Source of the DNA: an uncultured beta proteobacterium
GTDB taxonomy: Bacteria > Pseudomonadota > Gammaproteobacteria > Burkholderiales > Burkholderiaceae_C
NCBI GenBank assembly: GCA_963786245.1
Contig: CAWAYI010000005.1
Span: 462,840-526,839 of the forward strand
DNA: 64,000 nt
Direction of reading: 5' to 3'
Shown: piece by piece, positions 1-12,135 of the stretch
Position numbering within the stretch: position 1 is the stretch's first letter
Layout of the letters: each line of letters starts with the position of its first letter
Notes under the pieces: model-generated
What the model was told of the DNA's origin: nothing
Databases searched by the model: none
Seen by the model: the letters and a program-made list of their open reading frames with translations, nothing else
Made by a program: the position numbers and the translations under genes

Positions 1-656
1 CATGCCGGGCGAGGTGGCACCGGAGCAGATGAAGCCCGGCGCCATCTACAACTCCAACCGCTTCTTCCTGTCTGCGCTGCTGCGCCGGCTTGAATGCGAG
101 GTCAGCGATTTCGGCATCGTGCCCGACCGCCGCGACGCCACGGTGGCGGCGTTGCGCGAGGCGTCGCAGGCGAGCGACCTCATCCTCACCAGCGGCGGCG
201 TGTCGGTCGGCGAGGAGGACCACGTCAAGCCTGCCGTCGAGCAGCTCGGTTCGCTCGACCTCTGGCAGATCGCCATCAAGCCCGGCAAGCCGTTCGCCTA
301 CGGCTCGCATCGGCGCCGCGCATTTCATGGGCCTGCCGGGCAACCCGGTCTCGAGTTTCGTCACCTTCCTGCTCCTGGTGCGGCCCTTCCTGCTCAAGCT
401 GCAGGGCGCCGTGCAACTGGCGCCCGCGGCCATGAAGCTGCCGGCGAATTTCGAGTTGCCGCGCGCCGACAAGCGGCGGGAATTCCTGCGCGTGCGCCGC
501 AATGCGCAAGGCGGCCTGGACCTCTTCCCCAACCAGAGTTCGGGGGTCCTCACCTCTGGTGCCTGGGCCGACGGACTGGTGGACAACCCGCCCGGCCATG
601 CGATCGCGCGCGGCGAGCCGGTGGCTTTCATTTCATTGGCGGAGCTGCTCGCATGA
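1..656 (+). CDS. moeA: Molybdopterin molybdenumtransferase MoeA, 3' part (begins before the window; frameshift near 305)
   Basis: Motifs IYNSN, LILTSGGVSVGEEDHVK and IAIKPGKP in one frame, then GLPGNPVSS and NQSSGVLTS in another frame. Confidence 0.93.
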
Positions 657-905
657 AGCTGACCGTGAAGTATTTCGCCTCGGTGCGCGAGGCGCTGGGG
701 CAAGGCAGCGAGTCGGTGGAGACCCAGGCCCGGGACCTGGCTGCGCTGCGCGACGAACTGATCTCCCGTGGCGGCACGCACGCGCAGGCGTTGGCGCGCG
801 GCAAGGCCGTGCGTGTGGCCCTGGACCAGGTGATGAGCGACGAGTCGGCCGCGCTGAGGCGAAGGCTGCGAAGTGGCTTTCTTCCCGCCGGTGACCGGAG
901 GCTGA
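653..905 (+). CDS. moaD: Molybdopterin synthase sulfur carrier MoaD (frameshift near 857)
   Basis: Starts MKLTVKYFASVREALG with ATGA overlap to moeA; ends EVAFFPPVTGG-stop in the shifted frame. Confidence 0.9.
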
Positions 906-907
906 CG

Positions 908-1381
908 ATGGCGGCGCGCGTTTCCATCCAGGCGGCGGACTTCGACCTGTCCGCCGAGGTGGCGGCGCTGAGGCTGGCCGACAAGCGCGTCGGCGCGGTC
1001 TGCGCCTTCGTCGGCACCGTGCGCGACCGGAATGACGGCGCCAGCGTGAGTTCGATGGAGCTGGAACATTACCCCGGCATGACCGAGAAGGCCATCGAGG
1101 CCATGATCGACGAAGCGCATCGCCGCTTCGACATCCACGCGGCGCGCGTGATCCACCGCGTCGGCCTGCTGCAGCCGCTGGACCAGATCGTGATGGTGGC
1201 CGTCACTTCCGCGCACCGCGGCGAAAGCTTCCGGGCCTGCGAATTCCTGATGGACTACCTGAAGACGCAGGCGCCGTTCTGGAAGAAGGAGCAGACCCCC
1301 GAAGGCGCGCGCTGGGTCGACGCGCGCGTCGCGGATGACGCGGCCCTCGCACGGTGGGGCATCGAAAAGCCCAACACCTGA
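908..1381 (+). CDS. moaE: Molybdopterin synthase catalytic subunit MoaE
   Basis: GAVCAFVGTVR, LEHYPGMTEK, HRVG, VTSAHR, MDYLKTQAPFWKKE. Confidence 0.95.
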   Translation: MAARVSIQAADFDLSAEVAALRLADKRVGAVCAFVGTVRDRNDGASVSSMELEHYPGMTEKAIEAMIDEAHRRFDIHAARVIHRVGLLQPLDQIVMVAVTSAHRGESFRACEFLMDYLKTQAPFWKKEQTPEGARWVDARVADDAALARWGIEKPNT

Positions 1382-1382
1382 G

Positions 1383-1856
1383 CTATTTGCGCCCGGGCGG
1401 CACGAAGGCCGCGCGGGCATCCTCCTCGAGTTCCCCCGTCAGCAATTGCAGCAGCTGCACCAGCTGCGACTGCTGGCCCGCGTCGAGCGGTGCCAGGAGG
1501 CGTTTGTAGGCGCGCTCCGCCGGCTTCTGGGCCCGCGCCAGCATCGCCCGGCCGTCGGGCGTGAGCGCGACGGAGATGTTGCGCTTGTTGTCGGGCGTCG
1601 GTGCCCGCGTCACGAAGCCCCGGCTCTCCAGCCCGCGCAGCACGCGCAGCACGGTCACCTTGTCGAAGCCCAGCGCGCGCGCCAGGCTGGACTGGCCCAT
1701 TCCCGGATGCGCCCTGATCACCGTCAGCACGCCGAACTGCGCGGGCGTCAGCCCCAGCTCGCGGCATTCGTCTTCGAACACCGCAGCCGAGATCTGGTGG
1801 GCGCGGCGCAGCAGGAAGCCGGGGCGGGCATAGAGGCGGGAAAGGCTGGCGAGCAT
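1383..1856 (-). CDS. MarR-family transcriptional regulator
   Basis: 157 aa; GFLLRRAHQ, LTPAQFGVL, winged helix with LARALGFDKVT, DNKR and LTPDG. Confidence 0.9.
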   Translation of the reverse strand: MLASLSRLYARPGFLLRRAHQISAAVFEDECRELGLTPAQFGVLTVIRAHPGMGQSSLARALGFDKVTVLRVLRGLESRGFVTRAPTPDNKRNISVALTPDGRAMLARAQKPAERAYKRLLAPLDAGQQSQLVQLLQLLTGELEEDARAAFVPPGRK

Positions 1857-1928
1857 GGAAGAGGAGCACGGGCAGGGCAGGGTCTAGGGAATCCATGGAT
1901 TGTGCCTCGACAGGGCGAAACGATAATG

Positions 1929-1942
1929 GTTAGCATACAAAC
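1929..1942. promoter_or_regulatory. Candidate MarR operator
   Basis: Imperfect palindrome GTTAGCATACAAAC in the AT-rich gap between divergent marR and the bug gene. Confidence 0.45.
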
Positions 1943-1959
1943 TTCGGGACCCAAAGACC

Positions 1960-2951
1960 ATGGTTGGCTTGCCGCGGCGCATGGGCGCCCTGGTTTTTTT
2001 CGCGCTGGCCGCCTTCGGCGCCGGCGCCCAGGCCCCGGGTCCCGCCGCCCCGGCGGCCTCCCAGGCGCCCTTGCGGCTGATCGTCCCGTTCACGCCCGGC
2101 ACCGGCATCGACCTGATCGCCCGCACCGTCGGGCCGAAGCTCGGGGAAAGACTGGGGCGCGCCGTGGTCGTCGACAACCGCGCGGGCGCCTCCGGCAACA
2201 TCGGCACCGAAGCGGTGGTGCGCGCCGCGCCCAATGGCTCGACGCTGCTGGTCAGCGTCAACACGCTGGTGATGAACCGCAGTCTCTACCCGCAACTGCC
2301 GTTCGACCCGGTGAAGGACCTGGTGCCGGTGTCGCTCACCAGCTGGGGCCAGTTGCTGCTGGTGGCCAGCCCCGGTTCCGGCTTCAAGATCCGCTGCCGA
2401 CCTGATCGCCGCGGCCCGGCGCCGGCCGGGCGCCATCAACTACGCCAGCCCGGGGGTCGGCACGCCGCACCACCTGTCGATGGAGCTGTTCAAGACGACG
2501 ACCGGCATCTACCTGACCCACATTCCCTATCGCGGCTCCGCGCAGGCCGTCACGGACCTGCTCGGCGGCCAGATCGACGTGATGTTCCTGCCGGTTCACG
2601 TGGCGCTGCCGCAGGTCAGGGCCGGCAAGCTGGTCGCGCTGGCGATCGGCAGCGAGCGCCGCCACCCCTTGTTGCCCCAGGTGCCCACGCTGGTTGAAGC
2701 GAAGGCAGGCAAGGTCAACGTGGACATGTGGTACGGCATCTTCGCGCCGCCGGGCACCTCGCCGGAGTTCGTGGCGCGGGTGAACAGCGAACTCAAGGAA
2801 ATCCTGGCCTCGCCCGAGGTGCGGACGGCGTTCGAATCGCAGGGCATGGACCCGGCCAGCAGCAGCCCGGAAGAGTTTCGCGCACCTGGTCGCGCAGGAT
2901 GCGGACCGCTGGGCGCAGCTCATCAAGGGCCAGAACATCACGGCCGAATGA
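1960..2951 (+). CDS. Bug/TctC tripartite tricarboxylate transporter substrate-binding protein (frameshifts near 2390 and 2885)
   Basis: LIVPFTPGTGIDLIAR, VVDNRAGASGNIG, YASPGVGTPHHL, HIPYRGS, WYGIFAPPGT. Confidence 0.88.
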
Positions 2952-4205
2952 AAATCGCAATCGTCGGCGGGGGCATCGGGGGCCTGAGCCTGGCCCTCTT
3001 CCTGCACCGCAGCGGCCTGGCCTGCGACGTCTACGAGGCCGCGCCCGAATTCCGGGAGCTGGGTGTGGGCATCACCCTGTTGCCGCACGCCATGCGCGAA
3101 CTTGCTTCGCTGGGCCTGCAGCCGCAGCTGGAGGCCGCGGGGATCGAAAACCTGGAAAGCGTGTTCTTCAACCGCTTCGGGCAATTCATCTACCGCGAGC
3201 CGCGCGGCCGCCACGCGGGCTACGCCACGCCGGAGATCGGCCTGCACCGGGGAAAACTGCACCGCGTGCTGTACGAAGCCGCGCGGGAGCGCCTCGGCGA
3301 CGGCCGCATCCACCTGGACCACCGTTGCGTGCGGGTGGACCAGGACGGCGGCGGGGCCACCCTGTTCTTCGGCACTGCGGCGCGCGGGGCGCCCGGGCCG
3401 GCCGGGCCGGTCCATGCCGACGTGGTGGTCGCCTGCGATGGGGTCAATTCTGCGGTGCGGCGGCAGTTCTACCCGCAGGAGCAGCTGGCCTTCGGCGGCA
3501 TCAACACCTGGCGGGGTGTCACCGTGCACGCCCCCATCCTCAGCGGCAAGAGCTACCTGCGCATCGGCTCCATCGAGACCGGCAAGATGGTGATCTACCC
3601 GATCGCCGACAACGTGGACGGCCGCGGGCGGCCAGCTCGTGAACTGGGTGGCGGAGATCCGGCGCGAGGGCGCGCCGATGAACGACTGGAACAAGCCCGG
3701 CACGCCGCGGGACTTCATCGACATCTTCAGGGACTGGCGCTTCGACTGGCTGGACGTGCCGGCGCTGATCGAGGGGGCGCAGGGCATCTTCGAATACCCG
3801 ATGGTGGACAGGGACCCGGTGCCCCGCTGGACGTTCGGCCGCGTGACCTTGCTGGGCGATGCGGCCCACCCGATGTACCCGCGCGGCTCCAACGGCTCGG
3901 CCCAGGCCATCATCGATGCGCGCACGCTGGCCGGGCAGCTGGCCACGGCCACGGACGGCCCGTCCGCCCTGGCCGCCTACGAAGGCCTGCGGCTGGCCAC
4001 CACGGCAAGGATCGTCGAGACCAATCGAAGCATCCCGCCGGATTTCATCAACATCAGGGTGGACGAACTCAGCGGTGACCGGCCCTTTCGCCACATCGAC
4101 GACCTGATCAGCCAGGACGAGCTGCGCCGGATGTCGGATGAGTACAAGCGGATCGCCGGCTTCGCCCTGGACCAGCCAGCGGATGCCGGTCCCAGCGTGG
4201 CATGA
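2948..4205 (+). CDS. FAD-dependent aromatic monooxygenase, group A (frameshift near 3630)
   Basis: MKIAIVGGGIGGL, VVACDGVNSAVR, RVTLLGDAAHPMYP; ATGA overlap with the bug gene. Confidence 0.88.
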
Positions 4206-4211
4206 CGAGGA

Positions 4212-4793
4212 TCAGTTGAGGTAGCGCGGCTTGCGGGGCGAGGTCGGATCCTCTTCCGCCATGGCGGCGTCGTCCACCGCCACGGGGGTGCCGAAGGCCT
4301 CGCGCCACTGGGAGCGGGCCAGGGCCTGTTCCAGCAGGTGCATCAGGCCCTGCATCAGCTTGGGCTCCATCTCCATCTGGAAGCTGCGGGGCTTGTCGGC
4401 GTCCGCCGGGCGCTCGTTGAAGCTCAGCCGCAGCCGCCCGTTGGGCAGGGGCGATGCGTCCACGTCGGTCACCAGCAGGGGGTCGTCGCCCAGCGGCAGG
4501 ACGGCCTGGTTCTCACGGTAGGGCGTGTCGAAGTCGGCGTGCCGCAGGAACTCCTCCTTGCGGAAATCCGCCAGCATCTTCTTCAGGCCGTCGTCGGCGG
4601 TGTCCAGCGAGGTGCCGGCCGATTCCAGCTTGAGGAGGTGCTTGGTCAGCAGCTTCGACAGCAGCGGCCACAGGCCCAGCATCAGGCGGCGCGTCAGCCA
4701 CAGCCTCATCTCCTCCGCGGCGGCCGTATTGACCCGCACCAGGATGCGGTCCTGCTCGGCCTGGTACGTCACGGACAGCTGGTGGATCTTCAT
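4212..4793 (-). CDS. Hypothetical protein, 193 aa
   Basis: Clean ORF with host-like codon usage ([20 protein letters not shown]...), divergent from clpB. Confidence 0.75.
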   Translation of the reverse strand: MKIHQLSVTYQAEQDRILVRVNTAAAEEMRLWLTRRLMLGLWPLLSKLLTKHLLKLESAGTSLDTADDGLKKMLADFRKEEFLRHADFDTPYRENQAVLPLGDDPLLVTDVDASPLPNGRLRLSFNERPADADKPRSFQMEMEPKLMQGLMHLLEQALARSQWREAFGTPVAVDDAAMAEEDPTSPRKPRYLN

Positions 4794-4841
4794 TTCCTGA
4801 TTCTAGTCATCGATTCGGTGGGTACGGAAGCTTACAGTGAC

Positions 4842-4870
4842 CTTGAAAAGGCAGGGGACAAGCCTAAGCT
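4842..4870 (+). promoter_or_regulatory. Possible sigma32 (RpoH) promoter of clpB
   Basis: CTTGAAA -35 match at 4842-4848; the -10 (GCCTAAGCT) is only a weak match to CCCCATNT. Confidence 0.4.
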
Positions 4871-4892
4871 GAGGGGGCAGCGGAGAACCCAT

Positions 4893-7526
<2,634 letters not shown>

Positions 7527-7573
7527 CTGGGAGATGCCCGCTCCAGGCCCGGCGGCTGCTTTAAGCCCCGGCT

Positions 7574-7606
7574 AATGGCCGCAGTCCATACTGCGGCCAT
7601 TCTTTT
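7574..7606 (+). terminator. Intrinsic terminator-like hairpin after clpB
   Basis: AATGGCCGCAGT-CCAT-ACTGCGGCCATT (12-bp stem) followed by CTTTT. Confidence 0.6.
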
Positions 7607-7624
7607 GGCCGCGACAGGACGACA

Positions 7625-7927
7625 ATGCCCACCTTCATGACCTTTCTCCTGCGACTCTTCCTCATTGCCGCGGGCCTCGTGTTCGCGGCCAGCCTGGCCG
7701 CGGCCGCGATAGTGATGCTCGCGGTGTGGGGCGCACGCGCTGCATGGGCGAGGGTGACGGGACGGCCCGTGACACCCTTCATCATGCGCGTCGACCCGCG
7801 TGGCGGCTTCGAGCGGGTGTACCGGAAGGCGGGGCCAGGCAGCCGGACGCCGCGGGCGGATTCGATCCGGCCGGGACGAAAGATCCCCGACGTCACCGAC
7901 GTCGAGCCGAGGGCGCCGGGCCGCTAG
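7625..7927 (+). CDS. Small membrane-anchored hypothetical protein
   Basis: 100 aa with a hydrophobic N-terminal segment and a C-terminal DVTDVEPR motif. Confidence 0.7.
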   Translation: MPTFMTFLLRLFLIAAGLVFAASLAAAAIVMLAVWGARAAWARVTGRPVTPFIMRVDPRGGFERVYRKAGPGSRTPRADSIRPGRKIPDVTDVEPRAPGR

Positions 7928-8880
7928 CCGCTAGCAGCCTGCCGCCACGGCGCGGAGGCGAATTTTTCGAGCAGGAAGTCCACCATCGCGTTGACCTTCG
8001 GCAGGCGGTGCCGGTCGCGCGGCATCAGCATGTGCAGCGGCAGCGGCTCGACGTGGTGGCAGTCGGCCAGCACCGGGACCAGGCGGCCGCTCGCGAGGCT
8101 CGCGCCGAGCATCACGTCGACCAGGCGGATGATCCCCATGCCGGCCAGGCCCATCTGCAGCACGGTTTCAGCATTGTTGGCCGTGTGCTGGCCGCCCACC
8201 TCGATCGTGCGCACACCGTCCTTGCCGACGAAGGGCCAACGCGCCAAGTCTGCATAGTCGAGCAGGCGCACGCAGTTGTGGCTCGCCAGGTCGTCGGGCG
8301 TGCGCGGAACGCCCCGGCGCTCGAGATAGGATGGTGCGGCGCAGATCACGCGCTCCAGGTCGCACAGCACGCGCGCGATCACCACGGTGTCGCCGGCCAT
8401 CGCGTGGACACTGCCCGGCCGCAGCACGATGTCCGCGCCTTCGTCCATGTCGAGCCGGGCGTGTTCGATGCGCCGCTCGTTCACGGTCAGTTCCAGGTCG
8501 ACCTCGGGGTAGCGGCTGCAGAACTCGGGCAGCACCGGCGTCAGCTGGTGCAGCCCCATTGCACTGCCGCTGTGCAGCCTGAGCAGGCCGCGCGGGGCCA
8601 GCCGTGCGCTGGCCGCTTCGAGTTCGGCCTCCTCGATCTCGGCCAGGATGCGCTGGGCGCGGCGGAAGAAGTGGTCGCCTTCGGGCGTGAGGGTCAGCCG
8701 CCGGGTCGTGCGGTGCAGCAGCCGCACGCCCAGCCGCGCTTCCAGGCGCGTGACGACTTTCGCCACCGCCGACGGTGTCAGCCCCAATTGCCGCGCGGCG
8801 GCGGAGAAGCTGGCGCCTTCGACGGAACGCACGAATGCAGCCAGTTCGCCCGGCCGGTCCACGGTGCCTTGAGAGGTCAT
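7924..8880 (-). CDS. LysR-family regulator (CrgA/DmlR-like)
   Basis: SFSAAARQLGLTPSAVAKVVTRLEARLGVRLLHRTTRRLTLT. Confidence 0.93.
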   Translation of the reverse strand: MTSQGTVDRPGELAAFVRSVEGASFSAAARQLGLTPSAVAKVVTRLEARLGVRLLHRTTRRLTLTPEGDHFFRRAQRILAEIEEAELEAASARLAPRGLLRLHSGSAMGLHQLTPVLPEFCSRYPEVDLELTVNERRIEHARLDMDEGADIVLRPGSVHAMAGDTVVIARVLCDLERVICAAPSYLERRGVPRTPDDLASHNCVRLLDYADLARWPFVGKDGVRTIEVGGQHTANNAETVLQMGLAGMGIIRLVDVMLGASLASGRLVPVLADCHHVEPLPLHMLMPRDRHRLPKVNAMVDFLLEKFASAPWRQAASG

Positions 8881-8975
8881 TTGTTCCCCAGCGTCCAAAG
8901 TCCTAATCCGATGAGCTGGATTGTAGGTTGCGGCGGGCTGAATTACCCTGACAGGGACGATGGAAGGACATGACC

Positions 8976-9176
8976 ATGAAACCCAGCTACTACGACGCCG
9001 CGGGCCGCATCGATTACCCCGCGATCAAGGTTTATGCAGGTGAGTTGCGTGAAGGCGCCATCGACGCGTTCTGGGGCGAGCTTTCCCAGCGCGCGGCGGC
9101 CATCTTCCATCCGAAGCAGCGCCAGGTCACCGGGCAGGCTCGTTGGGGGGCCAGTTCTCCTCCAGCTCATACGTGA
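8976..9176 (+). CDS. Small protein divergent from LysR (RSP_7527-like)
   Basis: GGAAGGA RBS; IDYPAIKVYAGELREGAIDAFW resembles the short helical proteins found opposite LysR genes. Confidence 0.55.
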   Translation: MKPSYYDAAGRIDYPAIKVYAGELREGAIDAFWGELSQRAAAIFHPKQRQVTGQARWGASSPPAHT

Positions 9177-9909
9177 TCGAGCGGGCCAGGCCCTCCAGGT
9201 CCGGGAACAGGGTGGCCTGCGTGATGTTCATGCGGTAGAGCTCGTGCATGGCCTCGGCCCGGACCTCGGGCCCGAGCAGCACCCGCTCCACCAGGACCTG
9301 TTCGTGCGCATATTCGTCCAGCAGCGCATCCAGCGGCTTGTCCAGCACGCCGGGCACGACCAGCAGGCCTGACTGCGCCACCAGGCGGCGATCCATTTCG
9401 CGAGGCTCGCCGAACCACACGACCGGCAGCCGGTTCACCGCGAAATGGCGTTCGAAGTTGCCGGGGATGCGCGGATCGATCGCGTCGCGCGTCAGGCTGG
9501 GGTCGGAGTCGGGCCCGGCGGCCCAGATCCAGGGCGTGTTGAGCGCATAGACCGCGGCCGAGCCCCTGGCCTGTTCCAGCGCGAAGAAAGCAGCGACGAA
9601 GGGGGACTTCGTGAAGTCGAGCAGTCGCGTGGGCGCGCCATGGTGCTGCATCATCGCCAGGCAGCGCAGGTCGTCGTCGAGGGCGGACTTGTCGGGAAGG
9701 TAGACGTGCGCCTTCCGCCGAAAGATGCGGATCGCCCGCTCCTCGCGCTGGCGCCATTGCTCGGGCGGCACCTTGTTCTGCAGCAGCCTGCGGGGCAGGG
9801 CGCTCAGGAGCGGCCAGCCGGCGTCGGCCTGCCCCCGGAAAGCCCAGCCGTCGCGCCCGGCGATGTAATCGTTGAACTGCGACCAGGACTGGACCCGAAC
9901 TTCTTTCAT
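9127..9909 (-). CDS. FRG-domain protein
   Basis: WAFRGQADAGWPL, MQHHGAPTRLLDFTKSPFVAAFFA, RLVAQSG, ITQATLFPDLEG. Confidence 0.9.
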   Translation of the reverse strand: MKEVRVQSWSQFNDYIAGRDGWAFRGQADAGWPLLSALPRRLLQNKVPPEQWRQREERAIRIFRRKAHVYLPDKSALDDDLRCLAMMQHHGAPTRLLDFTKSPFVAAFFALEQARGSAAVYALNTPWIWAAGPDSDPSLTRDAIDPRIPGNFERHFAVNRLPVVWFGEPREMDRRLVAQSGLLVVPGVLDKPLDALLDEYAHEQVLVERVLLGPEVRAEAMHELYRMNITQATLFPDLEGLARSITYELEENWPPNEPAR

Positions 9910-10032
9910 GTCCCGGATTTTGCTCCCGGCGCACCTGTCGTGCGCGCCGATGGCGGCGCCCCGCGGCCTGGCGTGACCGGCAGAGGATGGCGATCACGCT
10001 CAGCGTGTCGACAGGGCCGGTACCATTGGGGG

Positions 10033-10920
10033 ATGAACGCAGCTTCCCCGGGCAGCCTCGACCCGGCAGCGCTGGCCCACCTCCAGGAATGGGTCGGCCG
10101 CGAGGAAACACTGGCCGATGACATCACCGCCGTGCCGGTGCGCGCGCTGTCGGCGACGCTCGACCTGCCGGCCCCGCAGGTCTCTCCCGGCACGGCCTTG
10201 CCGCCCTTGTGGCACTGGCTCTATTTCCTGCCCTTGTACCGCCACAGCGACCTGGGCGCGGACGGGCACGCCCGGCTGGGCGGGTTCTTGCCGCCCGTGC
10301 CGTTGCCGCGCCGCATGTGGGCCGGGGGCCGGCTGCGCTGGGAAATCGGCAACCCGCTCGCGGTCGGCGACGCGGTTCGCCGGGTCTCGCGCATCGAGTC
10401 CGTGACGCACAAGTCAGGGCGCAGCGGCGACCTGATGTTCGTGCTGGTCAGGCACGAGGTGCGCAACGCCCGGGGCCTCGCGCTGACGGAGGAGCACGAC
10501 ATCGTCTACCGCGCCGCGGCCCGGCCCGGCGAGCCCCCCCCGGCGCCCGTCGCCGCGGAACAGGGCGCGGCCTGGCAGCGCGAGATCGTGCCCGACGACG
10601 TGCTGCTGTTCCGCTATTCGGCGCTGACCTTCAATGGTCACCGCATCCACTACGACCGGCGCTACGTCACCGGCGTCGAAGGCTACCCGGGCCTGATCGT
10701 GCATGGCCCGCTGATCGCGACCCTGTTGGCGGACCTGGTCCGCCGTCATGCCCCCGGCGCGTTCGTGCAAAGCTTCGAATTCAAGGCCGTGCGCCCGACG
10801 TTCGACCTGCATCCCTTCCGCGTCAACGGCCAGCCTTCTGCCGACGGCAAGGCCGTGCGGCTCTGGGCACAGGACCACGAGGGCTGGCTGACCATGCAGG
10901 CCACCGCCACGCTGGCGTGA
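10033..10920 (+). CDS. Double hot-dog dehydratase, itaconyl-CoA hydratase / mesaconyl-C4-CoA hydratase-like
   Basis: LPPLWHWLYF, PRRMWAGG, LLFRYSALTFNGHRIHYD, YPGLIVHGPL. Confidence 0.85.
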   Translation: MNAASPGSLDPAALAHLQEWVGREETLADDITAVPVRALSATLDLPAPQVSPGTALPPLWHWLYFLPLYRHSDLGADGHARLGGFLPPVPLPRRMWAGGRLRWEIGNPLAVGDAVRRVSRIESVTHKSGRSGDLMFVLVRHEVRNARGLALTEEHDIVYRAAARPGEPPPAPVAAEQGAAWQREIVPDDVLLFRYSALTFNGHRIHYDRRYVTGVEGYPGLIVHGPLIATLLADLVRRHAPGAFVQSFEFKAVRPTFDLHPFRVNGQPSADGKAVRLWAQDHEGWLTMQATATLA

Positions 10921-10964
10921 CGCCGGCGGCGCAAGCCGCATCCCGAACACCGAAAGACCTTTCC

Positions 10965-12128
10965 ATGATCAAGACCGCTGCCGACCAGTACCAGGAGATC
11001 CGCGACGCCGTGCGTGCGCTATGCGCCCAGTTTCCCCCCGAATACCACCGCAAGGTCGACGAAGAGCGCGGCTACCCCGAGGCCTTCGTCGATGCGCTGA
11101 CCAAGGCCGGCTGGCTGGCCGCGCTGGTCCCCGCGGAGTACGGCGGATCCGGGCTCGGGCTGGCCGAGGCGTCGGTGATCATGGAGGAGATCAACCGCAG
11201 CGGCGGCAACGCCGGCGCCTGCCACGGCCAGATGTACAACATGGGCACCCTGCTGCGCCATGGTTCGAAAGCCCAGAAGGAACTGTACCTGCCGAAGATC
11301 GCTTCCGGCGAATGGCGATTGCAATCGATGGGCGTGACCGAGCCTTCCACCGGCACCGACACCACGAAGATCAAGACCATGGCCGTGAAGAAGGGAGACC
11401 GGTACGTGATCAACGGCCAGAAGGTGTGGATCTCGCGCGTGCAGCACTCCGACTGGATGATCCTGCTGGCACGCACCACGCCGCTGGCGGAGGTGAAGAA
11501 GAAGTCCGAAGGCATGTCGATCTTCATGGTCGACCTGCGGCAAGCCGAGAAGAGCGGGATGACGGTGCGGCCGATTCCCAACATGGTCAACCACGAGACC
11601 AACGAGCTGTTCTTCGAGAACCTGGAGATCCCGCAGGAGAACCTGATCGGCCAGGAAGGCATGGGCTTCAGGTACATCCTGGACGGCCTCAATGCCGAGC
11701 GCACGCTGATCGCCGCCGAGTGCATCGGCGACGGCTACTGGTTCATCGACCGCGTCACGCCATACGTGAGCGAGCGCGTGGTGTTCGGCCGGCCGATCGG
11801 GCAGAACCAGGGGGTGCAGTTCCCGATCGCCGAGAGCTACATCGAGATCGAGGCGGCCAACCTGATGCGCTTCAGGGCCTGCCAGCTGTTCGACGCGCAC
11901 CAGCCCTGCGGCGCCGAGGCCAACATGGCCAAGTACCTGGCGGCCAAGGCCTCGTGGGAGGCGGCCAACGCGTGCCTGCAGTTCCACGGCGGCTTCGGCT
12001 TCGCCCACGAATACGACGTGGAGCGCAAGTTCCGCGAGACGCGCCTGTACCAGGTGGCGCCGATTTCCACCAACCTGATCCTGAGCTACGTGGCGGAGCA
12101 CCTGCTGGGCCTGCCGCGCTCGTTCTGA
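10965..12128 (+). CDS. Acyl-CoA dehydrogenase (methylsuccinyl-CoA dehydrogenase-like by context)
   Basis: MGVTEPSTGTD, INGQKVWISR, FHGGFGFAHEYDVERKFRE. Confidence 0.92.
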   Translation: MIKTAADQYQEIRDAVRALCAQFPPEYHRKVDEERGYPEAFVDALTKAGWLAALVPAEYGGSGLGLAEASVIMEEINRSGGNAGACHGQMYNMGTLLRHGSKAQKELYLPKIASGEWRLQSMGVTEPSTGTDTTKIKTMAVKKGDRYVINGQKVWISRVQHSDWMILLARTTPLAEVKKKSEGMSIFMVDLRQAEKSGMTVRPIPNMVNHETNELFFENLEIPQENLIGQEGMGFRYILDGLNAERTLIAAECIGDGYWFIDRVTPYVSERVVFGRPIGQNQGVQFPIAESYIEIEAANLMRFRACQLFDAHQPCGAEANMAKYLAAKASWEAANACLQFHGGFGFAHEYDVERKFRETRLYQVAPISTNLILSYVAEHLLGLPRSF

Positions 12129-12135
12129 GGCCGGC

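Noticed and set aside
2-1381. Apparent MoeA-MoaD-MoaE fusion ORF (459 aa)
   Set aside because: Created by two frameshifts; each gene has its own start and a stop in the shifted frame
2480-4078. Apparent Bug-monooxygenase fusion
   Set aside because: An indel near 2885 bypasses the Bug stop at 2949-2951; a normal ATGA overlap is present
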